Virus record (IMG/VR): IMGVR_UViG_3300036784_000353
Coordinates: 1 to 53,623 of that record
Direction: 5' to 3' (one strand)
DNA: 53,623 bases
From: a virus
Taxonomy: Duplodnaviria > Caudoviricetes
Position numbers and translations under genes: made by a program. The notes under the pieces were generated by a model. That model did no database searches. It saw only the letters and a list, made by a program, of their open reading frames with translations, and was not told the DNA's origin. Positions 45,457 to 53,623 of the stretch are shown here, one piece after another; the stretch's first letter is position 1, and each line of letters opens with the position of its first letter.

Positions 45457-45872
45457 GGCAGTCCCCGCTTCAGCGTAAGCCGATGCGCCCCACCCCGCCG
45501 CGTGCCCGCCGCCGGGAGGAAGCCACGTACACGTTCGGCTTCGACCACGGGGAGCCCGCCACCTGCTTTCTGGCGAGGTTCACGGACACGCCCTGCTCCG
45601 GCCGGCTCGAGCGATGCCACCTGATCGCCCGGCAAACCATCAAACGCGAGGTCCAGCTCCCCGAGGGCGACGAGAGGGACTTCCGGGAGATCCTTTGGGA
45701 TCCCCGCGTGTGGGTGCCTGGGTGTGTGTTTCACCATGGCCAGCTGGATATGGCGCGGAAGATCCGGCTCGCCCGTGGCGACCTGCCTGTGGGGGTTGAG
45801 GAGTTCGCCTGCGAGTTTGGGCTTGTGTGGGTCCTTGACCGGGTGTTCGGGCCACGAAAGGGGGCTGCATGA
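45453..45872 (+). CDS. HNH-like protein
   Basis: C..CSGRLERCHLI..DPR..C..HH..D degenerate HNH fold. Confidence 0.55.
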   Translation: MRQSPLQRKPMRPTPPRARRREEATYTFGFDHGEPATCFLARFTDTPCSGRLERCHLIARQTIKREVQLPEGDERDFREILWDPRVWVPGCVFHHGQLDMARKIRLARGDLPVGVEEFACEFGLVWVLDRVFGPRKGAA

Positions 45873-46288
45873 TGGCGCAACCGGGTCAAAGCGTCGCCCG
45901 TCCGATCGTGACGACGCTCTGCGGATCGACGCGGTTCCCGGACGCCTTCGCGCTGGCGAACATGCACCTCTCGCTCGAAGGCCGCATCGTGATCGGGCTC
46001 GGGATGCTCGGCCATGCGGACGAGCCGCGTGGTGCCCGGTTCCTGACCAGCGACGGCGACGAGTCGACGCCCGAGAAGCAGGGCCTCGACCAGCTCCACT
46101 TCCGCAAGATCGACCTGAGCGACGGCATCTACGTCGTCAACGTCGGCGGTTATGTGGGATCGAGCACCAACCGCGAGATCGAGTACGCGATGGCGCACGG
46201 CAAGACCGTGGAGTGGATGTTCCCCGACGAGAAGCAGCGGACGGATCGGGACCGCTTCCACGAAGCGATGGCGGTGCAGGGCCGATGA
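45869..46288 (+). CDS. Nucleoside 2-deoxyribosyltransferase-like fold protein
   Basis: TLCGSTRF..LH.RKIDLSD.IYV.N..GYVG.ST..EIEYA...GK.V. Confidence 0.68.
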   Translation: MMAQPGQSVARPIVTTLCGSTRFPDAFALANMHLSLEGRIVIGLGMLGHADEPRGARFLTSDGDESTPEKQGLDQLHFRKIDLSDGIYVVNVGGYVGSSTNREIEYAMAHGKTVEWMFPDEKQRTDRDRFHEAMAVQGR

Positions 46289-46748
46289 CGCTCTCTGGTG
46301 AAAGCGACGCCGAGAGCTACCTGGTCGCAGCATGGCGAGCCAGAGGGGCCGCGATCTTGAACGCGCCGCGCTGGTCGGGCGTGCGGTTCGCTGACCGCGA
46401 GGATGCGCTCGGCCAGGCGCTGCTCGAGCTGCACCGCCGCGAGTTCGCCAGCGAGCTGCACGCCAGGCACGCGCTCGAGCAGCGCTACGACGCGCGGCTC
46501 ACCGATCTGCTGCGGCGCAGGGGGGACGGTCAGGTGACGCGCACTACAGGGCGGGGGCTGTCCTGGAGCCGCACCACGCCGTCACCGCGATCGACCCGGC
46601 GCGGATCGTGGAGGGCCGGGACACGCTCCGGCGGATGGTCGCGGTGCTCACGGACGCACAGCGAGCGAAGCTCCGGGAGTCGGTGCACGCTGAGTGCGGG
46701 CGGAAGCGCCGCCAGCGGGCTCGCCTGATCGTGAAGGCGGCAGCGTGA
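46285..46748 (+). pseudogene. Sigma-factor-like gene split by a -1 frameshift at a G6 run
   Basis: Region-2-like DREDALGQALLEL..RLTDLLRRR in one frame, DPARIVEGRDTLRR..LTDAQR..RKRRQRAR..AAA* in the -1 frame. Confidence 0.55.
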
Positions 46749-46960
46749 CGTCTCAGGACCCGAGGGCCGCTGCGTTGAAGGCCGGCAAGCCGAACCCGCG
46801 GCTGTATCTCAACTCGGAGCGCACGGTGCTGGTTCGTGTGTGGGGCGACGGGACGGTGGTGACGATCTCGACGCGGGAGCACCCCGACGGGCTCTGGGGC
46901 ATTGAGGTCGACCTCTTTGAGGAGCCGCCGGCGTCTACGAGTACGGAGGAACACCAATGA
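46745..46960 (+). CDS. Hypothetical protein
   Basis: GTGA coupling. Confidence 0.55.
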   Translation: MTSQDPRAAALKAGKPNPRLYLNSERTVLVRVWGDGTVVTISTREHPDGLWGIEVDLFEEPPASTSTEEHQ

Positions 46961-47184
46961 GCGAACGCTGGGCGGTACTTAGCTCGGCGGACGGCGACGC
47001 CGAGGGGATGATGGTCGAGGCGGCTTCGGGGATCGAGGCGGTCCGCAAGGCGGTCTCGGAGTGGGAACTTGAAGCTGATCCGGGCTATCGCTTTTTCGCG
47101 GTCCCGTTCGCCGCGAAGCCCGTGGAGGAGTTCGAGTTCTTCTTGGACGTGCGGCCCGTGTCTTCTGGGGAGGGAGAACAGTGA
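46957..47184 (+). CDS. Hypothetical protein
   Basis: GGAGG RBS, ATGA coupling. Confidence 0.6.
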   Translation: MSERWAVLSSADGDAEGMMVEAASGIEAVRKAVSEWELEADPGYRFFAVPFAAKPVEEFEFFLDVRPVSSGEGEQ

Positions 47185-47366
47185 GCGGCGCAGAAATGAC
47201 GGCGCTCTGGCTTACGGCTTCCACGCTCACCGGGCTGTTCGTGATGGGCGTCGTGGAAACAGCCGCCGGGCATGGCCACGGCTGGGTGGCCGCGATTGTG
47301 TTCCCCGCGCTCCTGTGGGTGTTCGGCCTGATCGGAGCCCTTGTGGCTGATGGGGGTGAGCAGTGA
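47181..47366 (+). CDS. Small two-TM membrane protein (copy 2)
   Basis: Paralog of 41000-41185. Confidence 0.7.
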   Translation: MSGAEMTALWLTASTLTGLFVMGVVETAAGHGHGWVAAIVFPALLWVFGLIGALVADGGEQ

Positions 47367-47641
47367 GCGAGACGGAACAGCAAACGGGACGCGCGCGAGA
47401 CGTGCTCGACTACATCGCGTGGGGCGAGTACCTGCTTCTGCGCGTTGAGATGCAGGAAGACGGCACCTGGCCGTTCACCGAGGACGAGCCACGCGACATG
47501 CTCGTGTCCTCCCCCGGCGAGGTCGAACCACGGCATGAGACGGACCGATACTTCCCCGAATACGCAGGGCTGCTCGACACGCAGCTCTACTGGCCGGGGG
47601 CCGTGCCCGTGCGACACGACGCGCCTGTTGGGGGTGTGTGA
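47363..47641 (+). CDS. Hypothetical protein
   Basis: Coupled operon gene. Confidence 0.55.
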   Translation: MSETEQQTGRARDVLDYIAWGEYLLLRVEMQEDGTWPFTEDEPRDMLVSSPGEVEPRHETDRYFPEYAGLLDTQLYWPGAVPVRHDAPVGGV

Positions 47642-47943
47642 TGGGGACAGCCGAGCTTGGCGGGCAGATGCGCGGCAACCTCGAACAGCGCATCATCAGG
47701 GTCGAACTCGAACGCGACGCGCGGCTGACGTTTCCCGAGGCGCGCGCCAAGCTCCTCGACGCGCTGGAGGGCGTGCGCCAGGCCGTCGTGACGCAGACGG
47801 GGATCGCAGGCGACCTGTTCGGTGATCTGAACGGCGCGATCGCCGACGCCGATCTCGCTGAACGACGGATGACGCAGGGCGTGCAGGTGATCGCGCTCGC
47901 GGACTTCAACGATGCGCTCGACAAGGCGTTTCCCGATGCCTGA
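47641..47943 (+). CDS. Hypothetical protein
   Basis: Coupled operon gene. Confidence 0.55.
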   Translation: MGTAELGGQMRGNLEQRIIRVELERDARLTFPEARAKLLDALEGVRQAVVTQTGIAGDLFGDLNGAIADADLAERRMTQGVQVIALADFNDALDKAFPDA

Positions 47944-49375
47944 TCTTCCTGAGCGTGAGCGAGAAGCCCTAGAGGCGGCATGGGAGCAGACCTTCGAGGC
48001 TGGCTGGCGTGCGGCCCGTGAGTACGCCGCTGCCGAGACGGAGCCGCAGTTCGAGATCGTCGCGCTGCCCGATGGCGAACGTGTCGAGTTGACCGAGGCA
48101 GAGGATCAACGAGCGGCGCTGGAGTGGTTCCTGAGGTTCACGGCTCGCGTCGGGCGCATCGATCCCGACGACGAGCACGGGCTAGTCCTCGACGACGAAC
48201 GTGTCTGCTTCACCGCCCGGCCTGTCCTTGCCGCTACCCTGGAGCCAACAGACGAGGGTCGGCGCTGGCGCGTTGGGCGGAAGGTGGGCCGCACAATCTA
48301 CGCGCAGCGAGGGGAACGCCCGGCCGACGATGACCCGCTCATCGGTGTGCTCGATACGCCCGAGCTGGCGAGCCGGGCGGTCGAGGATCACAACGCACGT
48401 GAGGCCGTCGTCGATCGAGAGCCAACAGACGAGCAGGAGCGGGAGGCGGTGACGGCGCTGCGAACCGCTCTCTACCCGTTCGATGGGTGCTGGTCGTGGG
48501 GTGTCGATGTTCAGGGCGGTGATGTGGGCCGCCTAGAGAAGGCCGCTCGCTGCGCGCTTGCCAAATTGGAGGCGGCCGAGCGCGAGCTACACGAGGCCCG
48601 GCAGGAACGAGACGAGGCGGTTGCGCATCGGCATCGAGAAGTGGAGAACTGGGACGCCTGCTCGGGCCTGCTTCGCCGCTGGCGAGAGGCGCTGGAGGCA
48701 ATTCGTGATCCGAACACGCCGCCGAGCTTCGTGGAGACACTGCCGGACGCGCGCCAGGTCGCCGGGGTAGCTCTCGACCACATCCCGGACGGCAAGCTGG
48801 AGGGAGCTAAACGCTTGCTCGCCGCGCTGGGCTTGGGCGCTGCCGAGGCCCGCGTCCGTGAGCTAGAGGAGGCGCTGCGGAACCCGCCCGGCGAGCTAAT
48901 CGAAGCCATCGCCGACGTGCTCGAAACCGCAGACGAGAACACCGTCTACTACTCGTGGCCCTCACACGCAAAGGACGCCGTTGCTGCTCTCGCCGCGTTT
49001 CTCAACCTCGGGGCTGCTCTAGCTGGCGTGGGAGAGCCGGACCTGTTCGATTCGACCAATCCGAGGGAACGCGAACTGGAGAAAATCGTCGGACGATTGG
49101 CTGCGGCACTGGCCGACCCCGACTGCCCCCATTGCGAGAACGGCGAGTCGCCCCCAGATGGCGAGCTTTGCGCCTGCGTTGACGCTGCCGTCGTGCGGGC
49201 TGGCGAGGGAGGGGCCGAGAGTGCAATCTGCGACTGCGGCCACAGCGCCGACTTGCACGGCAATGTCGCCGAGGACGGACGGCACGTCTTCGATGGCGCG
49301 CACACGCCCTGCGCTGAGTGTTCGTGCATCGATTTTCTGCGGGCTGGCGAGGGAGAGGAGAAGGCGGATGGCTGA
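47936..49375 (+). CDS. Mosaic multi-module early protein with Cys/His zinc motifs
   Basis: WRVGRKVGRTIY module, repeated EPTDE and RAGEG junctions, CPHC..CAC and CDCGH..H..C..C.C motifs. Confidence 0.68.
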   Translation: MPDLPEREREALEAAWEQTFEAGWRAAREYAAAETEPQFEIVALPDGERVELTEAEDQRAALEWFLRFTARVGRIDPDDEHGLVLDDERVCFTARPVLAATLEPTDEGRRWRVGRKVGRTIYAQRGERPADDDPLIGVLDTPELASRAVEDHNAREAVVDREPTDEQEREAVTALRTALYPFDGCWSWGVDVQGGDVGRLEKAARCALAKLEAAERELHEARQERDEAVAHRHREVENWDACSGLLRRWREALEAIRDPNTPPSFVETLPDARQVAGVALDHIPDGKLEGAKRLLAALGLGAAEARVRELEEALRNPPGELIEAIADVLETADENTVYYSWPSHAKDAVAALAAFLNLGAALAGVGEPDLFDSTNPRERELEKIVGRLAAALADPDCPHCENGESPPDGELCACVDAAVVRAGEGGAESAICDCGHSADLHGNVAEDGRHVFDGAHTPCAECSCIDFLRAGEGEEKADG

Positions 49376-49637
49376 GCCGACGACCAACGCACCAACGCGT
49401 AGTCCGGTCAAGACGAAGGACGAAGTGCTCGCCCTTCTCGACGAGATGCCGACCGGCGAGTGTCAGGCGATCTATGCAGCGTGGGAGGCTCAGCGCCCCA
49501 TCCTCGAACTCGCTGTTGGTACGCCGCACGCGCTGTTCGTTTCGTGCTGGCTCGCAGCGCGCGCCTACTACGCGACCAAACCCGACCCCGAACCGCGCGA
49601 CTCACCAATCGAGATCAACGACGGGCTAGGGATATGA
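49368..49637 (+). CDS. Hypothetical protein
   Basis: GAGGAG RBS; AAWE..W.AAR.Y resembles the N-terminus of the previous gene. Confidence 0.6.
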   Translation: MAEPTTNAPTRSPVKTKDEVLALLDEMPTGECQAIYAAWEAQRPILELAVGTPHALFVSCWLAARAYYATKPDPEPRDSPIEINDGLGI

Positions 49638-49960
49638 CCGGGACGCTCATCGAGGGCCTCACCCTCGCCGACCAGCTCGGGCTCGACGCGCTACGCCACG
49701 ACCGCGACACCGCCGGGCCAGGCTTGTCCCTCGCCGAGCTCGCCCAAGCAACAGGCCGCCGGCACCTGAAGGGGTTCTTCGCCCGCCTTCACGCCGAGGG
49801 CTACCAGCTCGGGGAGACTGCCACGGGACGGGTCCAGCTAGGGCACGCGGAGCCTCAACTTGAGCAGCCGGTTTCCGTTGATGAGGTTGCTCCCTTGCTT
49901 GATGGTGGGCGTCTTTTCCAGCTGCCTTCCCAGCCCCACTACACGTCACGGGCGGCGTAG
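49634..49960 (+). CDS. Hypothetical protein with winged-HTH-like segment
   Basis: GLSLAELAQATG..RL.AEGY.L. Confidence 0.55.
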   Translation: MTGTLIEGLTLADQLGLDALRHDRDTAGPGLSLAELAQATGRRHLKGFFARLHAEGYQLGETATGRVQLGHAEPQLEQPVSVDEVAPLLDGGRLFQLPSQPHYTSRAA

Positions 49961-49974
49961 ATGGACACCCGTGT

Positions 49975-50358
49975 ATGAGCCAGCGCATTTGGTTCGCGAG
50001 AGACACGGGGTTCACGGCGGACCCGCGGATACAGATGCTCGGCGACGAGCACGGTCCCGGTGGCCCTCTTGTGGTCGAGGAGATGCTTGCGCTCGCGAAG
50101 CTCCGCAACAACGGGGGATCGCTCACGGCGAGCTACGCGACGCTCGCGCGTCGCGCGTTCGTGTCGCCGGCGAAGGCGAAGGCGATCATCGCCCAAGCTG
50201 CCGACGGCGAGGAGGCAATCATCGAGCTCGTCAAGCACAGCGCCAAGGAGTTCACCGCGAGGTTCCCGAGATGGTCGCGCTGGCAGAAGAAGGACCCGAC
50301 CGGCGCCGCTCGCAAGGCCCAGCAGCGGGAACGCGAACGGGACGGGGATGTCACGTGA
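49975..50358 (+). CDS. Probable replication initiator/replisome organizer N-terminal domain (may continue to 50534 in the -1 frame)
   Basis: WF..D..F..DPRI..L, wHTH-like core, WSRWQ, RKAQQRERER followed by GTGAC repeats. Confidence 0.65.
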   Translation: MSQRIWFARDTGFTADPRIQMLGDEHGPGGPLVVEEMLALAKLRNNGGSLTASYATLARRAFVSPAKAKAIIAQAADGEEAIIELVKHSAKEFTARFPRWSRWQKKDPTGAARKAQQRERERDGDVT

Positions 50359-50430
50359 CGCGCCGTGACATTGACCGTGACGGGTGCGGGACAGTCACAC
50401 CCCCCACAGTAGACAGGGGACAGGGGACAA
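50350..50430. repeat. GTGAC/GTCAC iteron-like repeats, candidate replication origin
   Basis: GTCACGTGAC palindrome, CCGTGAC x2, GTCAC, GACAGGG x2, then A-rich AAAAGGAAAAAG. Confidence 0.5.
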
Positions 50431-50530
50431 AAGGAAAAAGCAAACGCTTGTGGCTAAAGCAGGGGGACGGAGCCCGGGGGCTCCTCTGGGAGATGTGTGG
50501 AGCCGTTAATCCTAAAACAGCGAGCGTGCG

Positions 50531-51139
50531 ATGAGCGAAAAGCGCTATCGCACCATCGTTGCTGATCCGCCGTGGGACTTTCGGTGGACGGGTGGAGCTG
50601 CGACGCGCACGAATGGGCGTGGCGAGCGACACACGAACCACAAGTTCAAGGCGCCACTGCCCTATCAGACGATGTCGATCGAGGCACTTGCCGCCCTGCG
50701 TGTCAGCGAGTTGGCTGCTCCGGCAGCGCATCTTTATCTCTGGACAACAGATGACCGACTCCTCAACGGGGATGCGGTTCGCGTCGCGGAGGCCTGGGGC
50801 TTCACGGCGCGACGAACCCTGGTCTGGGTGAAGCGAGGGATCGGGCTGGGCCATGGCTGGCGTCCGGGGCACGAGATTGTCTTGCTTTGCCGCCGCGGGA
50901 GTCTTCCATTTGGCGATGTCTCGATCCCGACCGCCTTTGAAGCGAAACGTCCGTACATGAGGTCGGGACGCAGCGGCGGCCGCGACCACTCGGCGAAGCC
51001 ACACGCCTTTCTCGACTTCGTTGAGCAGGTCAGCCCCGGCCCCTATCTGGAGCTGTTCGCCCGCCGAGCGAGGTTCGGCTGGGACTACTGGGGCGACCAG
51101 TCCCTCGGAACCGCCGAGATGCCGGAGCGTGTGGCATGA
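50531..51139 (+). CDS. MT-A70 family N6-adenine methyltransferase
   Basis: YRTIVADPPW, HLYLWTT, AWGF, LVWVK, HSAKP, YLELFAR. Confidence 0.92.
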   Translation: MSEKRYRTIVADPPWDFRWTGGAATRTNGRGERHTNHKFKAPLPYQTMSIEALAALRVSELAAPAAHLYLWTTDDRLLNGDAVRVAEAWGFTARRTLVWVKRGIGLGHGWRPGHEIVLLCRRGSLPFGDVSIPTAFEAKRPYMRSGRSGGRDHSAKPHAFLDFVEQVSPGPYLELFARRARFGWDYWGDQSLGTAEMPERVA

Positions 51140-51405
51140 CCGCAAATGGCCAGACAGCCCTCTCTCGGGATGCTGAGCGCAGGCTTCACCGTGACCAGGC
51201 GGCGGCGGAAGCCGTGGCTCGACGCAAGCGTTTCTATACGGCTGTGGAGAAGATGAAGGCTGCCGGGTTCACCGACGCTCAATCCCAGTTCGCCGCCATG
51301 GCGTATCTGACGATGGCTGCGCTGGGTGGTCCGGCGCCTACGAGGGTGCAGGTTGAGGCGAGGGTGCGGTCGCAGTATCCGTTTCTGTTTGAGGGGGGTT
51401 CGTGA
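51136..51405 (+). CDS. Hypothetical protein
   Basis: ATGA coupling. Confidence 0.55.
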   Translation: MTANGQTALSRDAERRLHRDQAAAEAVARRKRFYTAVEKMKAAGFTDAQSQFAAMAYLTMAALGGPAPTRVQVEARVRSQYPFLFEGGS

Positions 51406-51587
51406 GCAAGCTGAAAGGGAAGCCGAAGGTCGTGCTTGCCGCTGTCGTCGCCGCGTGCATCTGGGTCGCGGTCTGGACGCTTGCCGTGATCTCTACCGGG
51501 ACGAGAGGTCTAGCCGTCATGGCCGTGATCCATGCGGCCCTGCTCTTTTGCTACTGCGTCGCCTACGTGATGGACGGCCTGTTGTGA
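51402..51587 (+). CDS. Small two-TM membrane protein
   Basis: GAGGGG RBS, two hydrophobic helices. Confidence 0.6.
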   Translation: MSKLKGKPKVVLAAVVAACIWVAVWTLAVISTGTRGLAVMAVIHAALLFCYCVAYVMDGLL

Positions 51588-52003
51588 CCCGCTACACGTC
51601 GAAGATCATCGCCCGGGCCAGCGAGCATGTTGCGGCTGGCTGGACGGTGGCCCGCACGATCGACCTGCTGGAGAGCGAGTTCGGGTCACGGCCGCACGCA
51701 ACGACCGTCCGGCTGTGGACTGACGAGAAGTACGCGAAGCGCCACCGGGCTGCGAACCGTGCGCGTAGCCGCCGCAGGTGGCGGGAGACGCATCCGCTCG
51801 CCCCGATCCAGCGGACGACGGGGGAGTGGCGGCTCGCCCGGATGCGCCAGCTACGCGACGCTGGCTTGTCGCATGAGGCGATCGGTGTGGTGGCTGGGGT
51901 TTGGTGGGGCCAGGAGCTGTCGGGGGACACGGTTGCCCGGAAGCTCAGGCAGAAGCTCACGCGGCGCCGGGGGCCTGTCGGCGGGCTAGCGAGGGCGCGA
52001 TGA
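51584..52003 (+). CDS. DNA-binding protein with two HTH-like segments
   Basis: AGWTVARTI..L..EFG..P..TTVR.W and LRDAGLSHEAI. Confidence 0.6.
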   Translation: MTRYTSKIIARASEHVAAGWTVARTIDLLESEFGSRPHATTVRLWTDEKYAKRHRAANRARSRRRWRETHPLAPIQRTTGEWRLARMRQLRDAGLSHEAIGVVAGVWWGQELSGDTVARKLRQKLTRRRGPVGGLARAR

Positions 52004-52392
52004 GTGCTTGTCCGGACTCGCTGCCGTTTGCGCTCGACGGGAGCCTCCTCGGCAAGCTGGGAGAGATGACGATCGCGGAAATCCGGCCGTGGTGGAAGGC
52101 GATCTGCGAGGCCCACGGGGAGGACGCCGTCTGGATCTACGTCCTGCTCGACGGGGAGAGTAACGCCGTCAAGATCGGCCGGACGACCGACCTGCGCGGA
52201 AGGCCGCGCGACCTGCAGACTGGAAACCCGCGGGAGCTCGAGCTCGTCAGCGCCTGGCGCGGCAACGCGAGCCAGGAGCGCGAAATGCACGCCGAGTTCC
52301 AGCACCTGCGGATTCGCGGCGAGTGGTTCGCCTGCACCGACGACCTGCTCCGGTACGTCCGGAACCTCAACATCTACGAGCCTCCATCGTGA
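52000..52392 (+). CDS. GIY-YIG family (T5orf172/MUG113-like) nuclease
   Basis: IYVL..VKIGRT..R..LQTGNP..L.L..E..MH..F...RIRGEWF. Confidence 0.85.
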   Translation: MSACPDSLPFALDGSLLGKLGEMTIAEIRPWWKAICEAHGEDAVWIYVLLDGESNAVKIGRTTDLRGRPRDLQTGNPRELELVSAWRGNASQEREMHAEFQHLRIRGEWFACTDDLLRYVRNLNIYEPPS

Positions 52393-52577
52393 ACGCGACC
52401 GTCATCGTCCGCGACGGCTACCTGACGCGCGCCGAGCTCGCGCGCCATCTCTGCGTGAGCGAGAAGACGATCGCCCGCTGGGGGCAGGCGGGGATGCCGT
52501 GCGAGCGGTGGGGCCGTAGGCTCCTGCGCTACCGCCTCGACAGGGTAGAGGCATGGCTTTCGAGGAGGGCGGCCTAG
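52389..52577 (+). CDS. xis: Excisionase / recombination directionality factor (HTH)
   Basis: YLTRAELARHLCVSEKTIARW...GMP..RY...VEAWL; directly upstream of the integrase. Confidence 0.8.
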   Translation: MNATVIVRDGYLTRAELARHLCVSEKTIARWGQAGMPCERWGRRLLRYRLDRVEAWLSRRAA

Positions 52578-53623
52578 TGGCGATCGTCAAGCGAGGCAGG
52601 CGGTACGGCGTCGTCGTGTACGAGCACGGACGCCGGCGGTGGGTCGGCACGTTCGGCTCGCACCGCGAGGCCGTCGACGCCGAGGCTCAAGCCGTGGTTG
52701 ATAGGCAGCCCGACGGCAGCGTGACCGTTGCGGGGTTTGAGGCGACGTGGCTCGAGCGGCACCCGAGGCCGAAGCGCAGCACCGAAGTCCACTACGCCCA
52801 GGCGATCAAAGCGTTCGTGGAGCGGTATGGGGCGTCGCGGCTGCGGGACCTGACGCGCTCGGAGATGCGCAAGTGGGCCGTCAACAGCCCGGGCGGCGTC
52901 GCGGTGGCTCGGGCGATGCTCGGGGACGCGTACCGCGACGGGCTCATTGCATCGAACCCGCTCGCGGGGATGAGGCTCCCGAGCGCGCGGGGGAGACGCG
53001 ACCTGCTCGCCCTGACTGAACAGCAGGTGTTCGCGCTCATCGCCGCTGCCGAGAAGACGCACGGCCGCTACGGCGAGCTCGTCTACGGCCCGATGGTGCA
53101 GTTCGCCGCCTACACCGGGCTGCGGCCCGGCGAGCTTCACGGCCTCCGTTGGGGCGACGTGGATCTGGCGCGAGAGACCGTGCGCGTGGAGCGCCAGTTC
53201 AGCCCGAAGGCCAACACCTTCACGACCCCGAAGAACGGCATGAGCCGCGAGGTCTATCTCACGCCGCTCGCCGCCGAGGCGTTCCGGCGCATCCCAAAGA
53301 CGACCCTGCGGGAGGTCTTCACGACGAAGAACGGCAAGCACTTCTCCGGCCGCGTGAGCCACTACTACTGGAACCCGGTCCGCAACGCCTACGGCGACCC
53401 CGAGCTCGACTTCTATGCGCTCAGGCACTACTTCGGCTCGATGCTCGCCAGGATGGGCGTCAACGCCCCGGAGATCGCCCGGGCGATGGGCCACGTCGAC
53501 GGCGGCAAGCTCGCCCTCGAACGCTACATCCACATCACCGAGCGGGAATCACGCGAGCGGATCAAGCAGGCGTTCACTGGACGCCCGGCGTTGACGGTCG
53601 TTAGCAAAGAGGCCACCGGATGA
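52577..53623 (+). CDS. int: Tyrosine integrase
   Basis: AYTGLRPGEL.GL.W.DVD, TPKN, YALRH, MGH, catalytic Tyr in ERYIH; N-terminal arm-binding segment. Confidence 0.95.
   Translation: MAIVKRGRRYGVVVYEHGRRRWVGTFGSHREAVDAEAQAVVDRQPDGSVTVAGFEATWLERHPRPKRSTEVHYAQAIKAFVERYGASRLRDLTRSEMRKWAVNSPGGVAVARAMLGDAYRDGLIASNPLAGMRLPSARGRRDLLALTEQQVFALIAAAEKTHGRYGELVYGPMVQFAAYTGLRPGELHGLRWGDVDLARETVRVERQFSPKANTFTTPKNGMSREVYLTPLAAEAFRRIPKTTLREVFTTKNGKHFSGRVSHYYWNPVRNAYGDPELDFYALRHYFGSMLARMGVNAPEIARAMGHVDGGKLALERYIHITERESRERIKQAFTGRPALTVVSKEATG

Larger units (their letters stand above)
927..53623 (+). mobile_element. Temperate tailed (siphovirus-like) prophage, nearly complete; attR not inside the window
   Basis: Full set of terminase, portal, capsid, tail, tape measure, lysis, repressor/cro, recombination and xis/int modules starting right after a tRNA. 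Confidence 0.95.

Noticed and set aside
50531-52392. MT-A70 plus GIY-YIG as a restriction-modification system
   Set aside because: Not adjacent, and both families are common as orphans in phage early regions.

Overview
High-GC window, probably from an actinobacterium (Thermoleophilia/Solirubrobacterales is a guess from gene style and the SigH-type sigma factor). It holds the host end of a locus (an SDR oxidoreductase and a tRNA with a CAT anticodon, probably Ile2), followed by a nearly complete ~52.7 kb temperate siphovirus-type prophage that appears to be integrated at the tRNA 3' end. attR should lie just beyond the window. Gene order: C5 DNA methylase, HNH, VRR-NUC; terminase; portal-MuF fusion; a SigH/Spo0H-like sigma factor; head genes resembling mycobacteriophage cluster B (maturation protein, two capsid-type proteins); tail genes with a -1 frameshifted chaperone and a tape measure carrying lysozyme and CHAP-like domains; an unusual lysis/envelope region (lipoprotein GH24 lysozyme, NlpC/P60, lipoprotein GH16-FN3, holin, papain-like peptidase, purple-acid-type phosphatase, RlpA behind a structured leader); a repressor/cro switch; and a long early operon (Sak/Rad52, PD-(D/E)XK nuclease, a second broken sigma-like gene, replication initiator, MT-A70 methylase, GIY-YIG) ending in xis-int. 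The most notable points are the SigH-like gene in the head module, the lipoprotein-based multi-hydrolase lysis region, an att site that splits the lytic transcript, an HNH gene that replaced the 5' end of its host gene, and a shared FN3-like insert in capsid and tail tube proteins. All product calls come from motif recognition by eye; no database searches were run.
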